DNA of 64,000 nucleotides from Escherichia coli (GTDB lineage Bacteria; Pseudomonadota; Gammaproteobacteria; Enterobacterales; Enterobacteriaceae): NCBI RefSeq assembly GCF_044324875.1, contig NZ_CP172185.1; one strand, 5' to 3'. Shown piece by piece: positions 58,074 to 64,000 of this stretch (position 1 is its first letter; each line of letters starts with the position of its first letter). The notes under the pieces were generated by a model. It saw only the letters and a program-made list of their open reading frames with translations, ran no database searches and was not told where the DNA came from. The position numbers and the translations under genes were made by a program.

Positions 58074-58137
58074 TGTGTTTCATGTTTGTTTCCTTAAGTG
58101 ACTTTAGTACAGTACCCGTACTGTTTTCACGCTGTCA

Positions 58138-58163
58138 ACAAAAAACGCGCCCGAAGGCGCGTT
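58138..58163 (-). terminator. Intrinsic terminator downstream of raiA
   Basis: AACGCGCC-CGAA-GGCGCGTT hairpin followed on the minus strand by a T-run. Confidence 0.5.
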
Positions 58164-58186
58164 GGCGATACACTCAATATAAAGGA

Positions 58187-58582
<396 letters not shown>

Positions 58583-58750
58583 TCAAAATGTGTGATGGAA
58601 ATCTCATAATTTTGTCACTTTTTGTCAACGAATCTTTTTTGTGAGAAATCGCAGGAAGAGGTGTTTTTTTACTTGAGGAATATCTCAAAGCGAGCCATAT
58701 TTGATGAGATCGATAGTGACTAAATCGCTTCAGTTTCACAACTAACAGAA

Positions 58751-58788
58751 TAAAAAAACGGCAGCTCAAGGGCTGCCGTTTTGTGTTT
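58751..58788 (-). terminator. Intrinsic terminator downstream of bamD
   Basis: AACGGCAGC..GCTGCCGTT hairpin flanked by an A-run and a T-run (bidirectional in form). Confidence 0.5.
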
Positions 58789-58798
58789 CAGGTTTTTG

Positions 58799-59536
58799 TT
58801 ATGTATTGCTGCTGTTTGCAGCGATGATTTTCGCTACTTTTTCAGCTTGCGCATTCATCTGCATCTGACGGTATGCATTTTCCATCAGCGGCAGCGCATC
58901 ACGCGTAGCCTGGGTATCCGGGTAGTCGCGCAACATGCCTTCTACGCGGTTAACGACGGCAACCCATGCACCACGTTCTGTATAGTACTCGGCAACGGAG
59001 TATTCATATTTCGCCAGACGATCTTTCAGGAATACCAGACGTTTGGTGGCATCGGTGGTGTACTGACTGTTCGGATAGCCGCGCACCAGTTTGGAAAAGT
59101 CACTAAACGCAGCTCGTGCATGTTGAGGATCGCGATCGCTACGGTCAACGCCAAAGAACCCTTGCAGTGCACTGTCATCGAGCGCCATATTGGTCAGGCC
59201 ACGCATGTACATGACATAATCGATATTCGGATGGGTCGGGTTAAGGCGAATAAAACGATCGATGGCAGCCTGTGCTAACGGCAAATCGGCGTTTTTATAG
59301 TAGGCGTAGATGAGATCCAGCTGCACCTGCTGCGAATACGGACCAAACGGATAGCGATTATCTAACGCTTCCAGTTGCGTTATTGCCTGTCTCCAGTTAC
59401 CGTCCTGCAGCTTTTGTTGTGCAGTCGCGTAAATTTCATTTGGCGGATTATCAGGTACTTCTTCCTTTGACCCCGAGCAACCCGCCAAAAACAGGCTTAG
59501 TGTGGCGGCTGCCACCAGATATTTCATGCGCGTCAT
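58799..59536 (-). CDS. bamD: Outer membrane protein assembly factor BamD (TPR lipoprotein)
   Basis: 245-aa ORF with lipobox LAGC; recognised as BamD/YfiO. Confidence 0.93.
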
Positions 59537-59670
59537 GACGTTTTGACTTTCCTCAAAATGTAATACGGGAGATTCTCTGTTCCTGCTCCCGGTTAAGACC
59601 AGCTACAATAGCACACTATATTAAACGGCAAAGCCGTAAAACCCCAACGATAAACGAAGAAGCAGTATAT

Positions 59671-60651
59671 ATGGCACAACGAGTACAGCTCACTGCAACG
59701 GTGTCCGAAAACCAACTCGGTCAACGCTTAGATCAGGCTTTGGCCGAAATGTTCCCGGATTATTCACGTTCGCGGATAAAAGAATGGATCCTCGACCAGC
59801 GCGTGCTGGTTAACGGCAAAGTTTGTGATAAGCCGAAAGAAAAAGTATTGGGTGGCGAGCAGGTGGCCATCAACGCTGAGATTGAAGAAGAAGCGCGTTT
59901 TGAACCGCAGGATATCCCGCTGGATATCGTCTATGAAGATGAAGATATCATCGTCATTAATAAACCACGCGACCTGGTGGTACATCCTGGCGCGGGTAAC
60001 CCGGATGGTACGGTACTGAATGCGTTACTTCATTACTATCCGCCCATTGCCGATGTACCGCGTGCGGGCATCGTCCATCGTCTGGATAAAGACACCACCG
60101 GCCTGATGGTTGTGGCAAAAACCGTTCCGGCTCAGACGCGTTTAGTCGAATCTTTGCAACGGCGTGAAATTACTCGTGAGTATGAAGCGGTGGCAATTGG
60201 TCATATGACCGCTGGCGGTACAGTAGATGAACCAATCAGCCGCCACCCGACCAAACGTACTCACATGGCGGTGCATCCCATGGGCAAACCGGCGGTCACT
60301 CACTATCGCATCATGGAACACTTCCGTGTGCACACGCGTCTGCGGTTGCGTCTGGAAACTGGACGTACGCACCAGATCCGCGTGCATATGGCCCATATCA
60401 CTCATCCGCTGGTGGGCGATCCGGTTTATGGTGGCCGTCCGCGTCCGCCAAAAGGTGCTTCGGAAGCGTTTATCTCCACGCTGCGTAAATTTGACCGCCA
60501 GGCGCTTCATGCAACCATGCTGCGTCTTTATCACCCGATCTCCGGTATCGAAATGGAATGGCATGCGCCTATTCCACAAGATATGGTGGAGCTGATTGAG
60601 GTGATGCGCGCCGATTTCGAAGAGCATAAAGATGAAGTGGACTGGTTATGA
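59671..60651 (+). CDS. rluD: 23S rRNA pseudouridine(1911/1915/1917) synthase
   Basis: 326-aa ORF with S4 domain and catalytic HRLDKDTTG motif. Confidence 0.95.
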   Translation: MAQRVQLTATVSENQLGQRLDQALAEMFPDYSRSRIKEWILDQRVLVNGKVCDKPKEKVLGGEQVAINAEIEEEARFEPQDIPLDIVYEDEDIIVINKPRDLVVHPGAGNPDGTVLNALLHYYPPIADVPRAGIVHRLDKDTTGLMVVAKTVPAQTRLVESLQRREITREYEAVAIGHMTAGGTVDEPISRHPTKRTHMAVHPMGKPAVTHYRIMEHFRVHTRLRLRLETGRTHQIRVHMAHITHPLVGDPVYGGRPRPPKGASEAFISTLRKFDRQALHATMLRLYHPISGIEMEWHAPIPQDMVELIEVMRADFEEHKDEVDWL

Positions 60652-61379
60652 GTAAGCTGATTGTCCCGCAGTGGCCGCTGCCAAAAGGTGTTGCGGCCTG
60701 TAGCTCTACTCGTATCGGCGGCGTGAGCGTGCCCCCGTATGACTCGCTCAACCTCGGTGCCCATTGTGGCGATAACCCGGATCACGTTGAGGAGAATCGC
60801 AAGCGACTTTTTGCTGCGGGCAATTTGCCTTCAATACCGGTCTGGCTTGAGCAGGTACACGGCAAAGATGTGCTTAAGCTTACTGGCGAACCTTATGCCT
60901 CAAAACGAGCAGATGCCTCTTATAGCAACACGCCGGGCACGGTTTGCGCAGTGATGACTGCCGACTGCCTCCCCGTGCTGTTTTGCAATCGAGCGGGAAC
61001 GGAAGTCGCCGCCGCTCATGCTGGCTGGCGTGGACTGTGCGCAGGCGTGCTGGAAGAGACGGTTTCCTGTTTTGCTGATAATCCGGAAAATATTCTCGCC
61101 TGGTTAGGGCCGGCAATTGGTCCACGCGCGTTCGAAGTGGGGGCGGAGGTTCGCGAGGCGTTTATGGCAGTAGACGCCGAAGCGAGTACAGCTTTCATTC
61201 AGCATGGTGATAAGTATCTGGCGGACATTTATCAGCTTGCCCGGCAGCGTCTGGCGAGAGTTGGTATTGAACAAATTTTCGGCGGCGACCGTTGTACATA
61301 TACGGAAAATGAGACTTTCTTCTCTTATCGTCGCGACAAGACCACCGGTCGTATGGCAAGTTTCATTTGGCTGATATAA
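60648..61379 (+). CDS. yfiH: Purine nucleoside phosphorylase/laccase-domain protein YfiH (PgeF)
   Basis: 243-aa ORF overlapping the rluD stop by 4 nt. Confidence 0.9.
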   Translation: MSKLIVPQWPLPKGVAACSSTRIGGVSVPPYDSLNLGAHCGDNPDHVEENRKRLFAAGNLPSIPVWLEQVHGKDVLKLTGEPYASKRADASYSNTPGTVCAVMTADCLPVLFCNRAGTEVAAAHAGWRGLCAGVLEETVSCFADNPENILAWLGPAIGPRAFEVGAEVREAFMAVDAEASTAFIQHGDKYLADIYQLARQRLARVGIEQIFGGDRCTYTENETFFSYRRDKTTGRMASFIWLI

Positions 61380-61441
61380 CCTAAAGAATCAAGACGATCC
61401 GGTACGCGTGATTTTCTTTTCACATTAATCTGGTCAATAAC

Positions 61442-61470
61442 CTTGAATAATTGAGGGATGACCTCATTTA
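61442..61470 (+). promoter_or_regulatory. Sigma-32 heat-shock promoter of clpB
   Basis: CTTGAAT (-35) then 13 nt then CCTCATTTA (-10), about 40 nt upstream of the clpB ATG. Confidence 0.5.
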
Positions 61471-61508
61471 ATCTCCAGTAGCAACTTTGATCCGTTATGG
61501 GAGGAGTT

Positions 61509-64000
61509 ATGCGTCTGGATCGTCTTACTAATAAATTCCAGCTTGCTCTTGCCGATGCCCAATCACTTGCACTCGGGCACGACAACCAATTCATCGAACC
61601 ACTTCATTTAATGAGCGCCCTGCTGAATCAGGAAGGGGGTTCGGTTAGTCCTTTATTAACATCCGCTGGCATAAATGCTGGCCAGTTGCGCACAGATATC
61701 AATCAGGCATTAAATCGTTTACCGCAGGTTGAAGGTACTGGTGGTGATGTCCAGCCATCACAAGATCTGGTGCGCGTTCTTAATCTTTGCGACAAGCTGG
61801 CGCAAAAACGTGGTGATAACTTTATCTCGTCAGAACTGTTCGTTCTGGCGGCACTTGAGTCTCGCGGCACGCTGGCCGACATCCTGAAAGCAGCAGGGGC
61901 GACCACCGCCAACATTACTCAAGCGATTGAACAAATGCGTGGAGGTGAAAGCGTGAACGATCAAGGTGCTGAAGACCAACGTCAGGCTTTGAAAAAATAT
62001 ACCATCGACCTTACCGAACGAGCCGAACAGGGTAAACTCGATCCGGTGATTGGTCGTGATGAAGAAATTCGCCGTACCATTCAGGTGCTGCAACGTCGTA
62101 CTAAAAATAACCCGGTACTGATTGGTGAACCAGGCGTCGGTAAAACTGCCATCGTTGAAGGTCTGGCGCAGCGTATCATCAACGGCGAAGTGCCGGAAGG
62201 GTTGAAAGGCCGCCGCGTACTGGCGCTGGATATGGGCGCGCTGGTGGCTGGGGCGAAATATCGCGGTGAGTTTGAAGAACGTTTAAAAGGCGTACTTAAC
62301 GATCTTGCTAAACAGGAAGGCAACGTCATCCTGTTTATCGACGAATTACATACCATGGTCGGCGCGGGTAAAGCAGATGGCGCAATGGACGCCGGAAACA
62401 TGCTGAAACCGGCGCTGGCGCGTGGTGAATTGCACTGCGTAGGTGCCACGACGCTTGACGAATATCGCCAGTACATCGAAAAAGATGCTGCGCTGGAACG
62501 TCGTTTCCAGAAAGTGTTTGTTGCCGAGCCTTCTGTTGAAGATACCATTGCGATTCTGCGTGGCCTGAAAGAACGTTACGAGCTGCACCACCATGTGCAA
62601 ATTACTGACCCGGCAATTGTTGCAGCGGCGACGTTGTCACATCGCTACATTGCTGACCGTCAGCTGCCGGATAAAGCCATCGACCTGATCGATGAAGCAG
62701 CATCCAGCATTCGTATGCAGATTGACTCAAAACCAGAAGAACTCGACCGACTCGATCGCCGTATCATCCAGCTCAAACTGGAACAACAGGCGTTAATGAA
62801 AGAGTCTGATGAAGCCAGTAAAAAACGTCTGGATATGCTCAACGAAGAACTGAGCGACAAAGAACGTCAGTACTCTGAGTTAGAAGAAGAGTGGAAAGCA
62901 GAGAAGGCATCGCTTTCTGGTACGCAGACCATTAAAGCGGAACTGGAACAGGCGAAAATCGCTATTGAACAGGCTCGCCGTGTGGGGGACCTGGCGCGGA
63001 TGTCTGAACTGCAATACGGCAAAATCCCGGAACTGGAAAAGCAACTGGAAGCCGCAACGCAGCTCGAAGGCAAAACTATGCGTCTGTTGCGTAATAAAGT
63101 GACCGACGCCGAAATTGCTGAAGTGCTGGCGCGTTGGACGGGGATTCCGGTTTCTCGCATGATGGAAAGCGAGCGCGAAAAACTGCTGCGTATGGAGCAA
63201 GAGCTGCACCATCGCGTTATTGGTCAGAACGAAGCGGTTGATGCGGTATCTAACGCTATTCGTCGTAGCCGCGCAGGGCTTGCTGACCCGAATCGCCCGA
63301 TTGGTTCATTCCTGTTCCTCGGCCCAACGGGTGTGGGGAAAACTGAGCTTTGTAAGGCGCTGGCGAACTTTATGTTTGATAGCGACGAGGCGATGGTCCG
63401 TATCGATATGTCCGAGTTTATGGAGAAACACTCGGTGTCTCGTCTGGTTGGTGCGCCTCCGGGATATGTCGGTTATGAAGAAGGTGGCTACCTGACCGAA
63501 GCGGTGCGTCGTCGTCCGTATTCCGTCATCCTGCTGGATGAAGTGGAAAAAGCGCATCCGGATGTCTTCAACATTCTGTTGCAGGTACTGGATGATGGGC
63601 GTCTGACTGACGGGCAGGGGAGAACGGTCGACTTCCGTAATACGGTTGTCATTATGACCTCTAACCTCGGTTCCGATTTGATTCAGGAACGCTTCGGTGA
63701 ACTGGATTATGCGCACATGAAAGAGCTGGTGCTCGGTGTGGTAAGCCATAACTTCCGTCCGGAATTCATTAACCGTATCGATGAAGTGGTGGTCTTCCAT
63801 CCGCTGGGTGAACAGCACATTGCGTCGATTGCGCAGATTCAGTTGAAACGTCTGTACAAACGTCTGGAAGAACGTGGTTATGAAATCCACATTTCTGACG
63901 AGGCGCTGAAACTGCTGAGCGAGAACGGTTACGATCCGGTCTATGGTGCACGTCCTCTGAAACGTGCTATCCAGCAGCAGATCGAAAACCCGCTGGCACA
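61509..64000 (+). CDS. clpB: Chaperone ClpB (Hsp100 disaggregase), 3' end truncated by window edge
   Basis: ATG at 61509 after GGGAGGAG; reading frame open to the window end (not in the track because no stop is reached); translation begins [34 protein letters not shown] and contains Walker A GEPGVGKT and the second AAA+ module GPTGVGKT. Confidence 0.95.

Overview
This window is an Escherichia coli-type chromosomal segment, collinear with the K-12 region yqaB-yqaA-gshA-(MicA)-luxS-emrBA-mprA-ygaHZ-ygaY-proXWV-nrdFEIH-ygaM-ygaC-alaE-stpA-ygaP-ygaV-yqaE-kbp-csiR-gabPTD-lhgO-csiD, then an accessory stretch, then ssrA-smpB-ratAB-bamE-recN-nadK-grpE-yfjD-ypjD-ffh-rpsP-rimM-trmD-rplS-yfiB-dgcN-yfiR-yfiL-aroF-tyrA-pheA-pheL-raiA-bamD-rluD-yfiH-clpB. 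All gene identities come from reading the supplied six-frame translations and the nucleotide sequence against remembered E. coli proteins and RNAs; no database search or computation was run. Most of the window is well-known core genome. The part worth attention is the roughly 11 kb AT-rich accessory stretch between csiD and ssrA (about 28.9-39.7 kb). It holds a 750-aa cytoplasmic protein with a recognisable but divergent GH13 alpha-amylase-type catalytic core (ygaQ-like), the tRNA-Ile(CAU) gene ileY flanked by long ORF-free AT-rich DNA, a 484-aa orphan protein with a short pentapeptide-repeat block and an acidic tail, fused fragments of an IS3-family transposase and a Pin/Gin-type invertase, and a 1524-aa AIDA-type autotransporter that abuts the 3' end of ssrA with no prophage in between. 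No CRISPR array, rRNA or intact mobile element was seen. Many antisense ORFs in the supplied track are GC-driven artefacts inside real genes.
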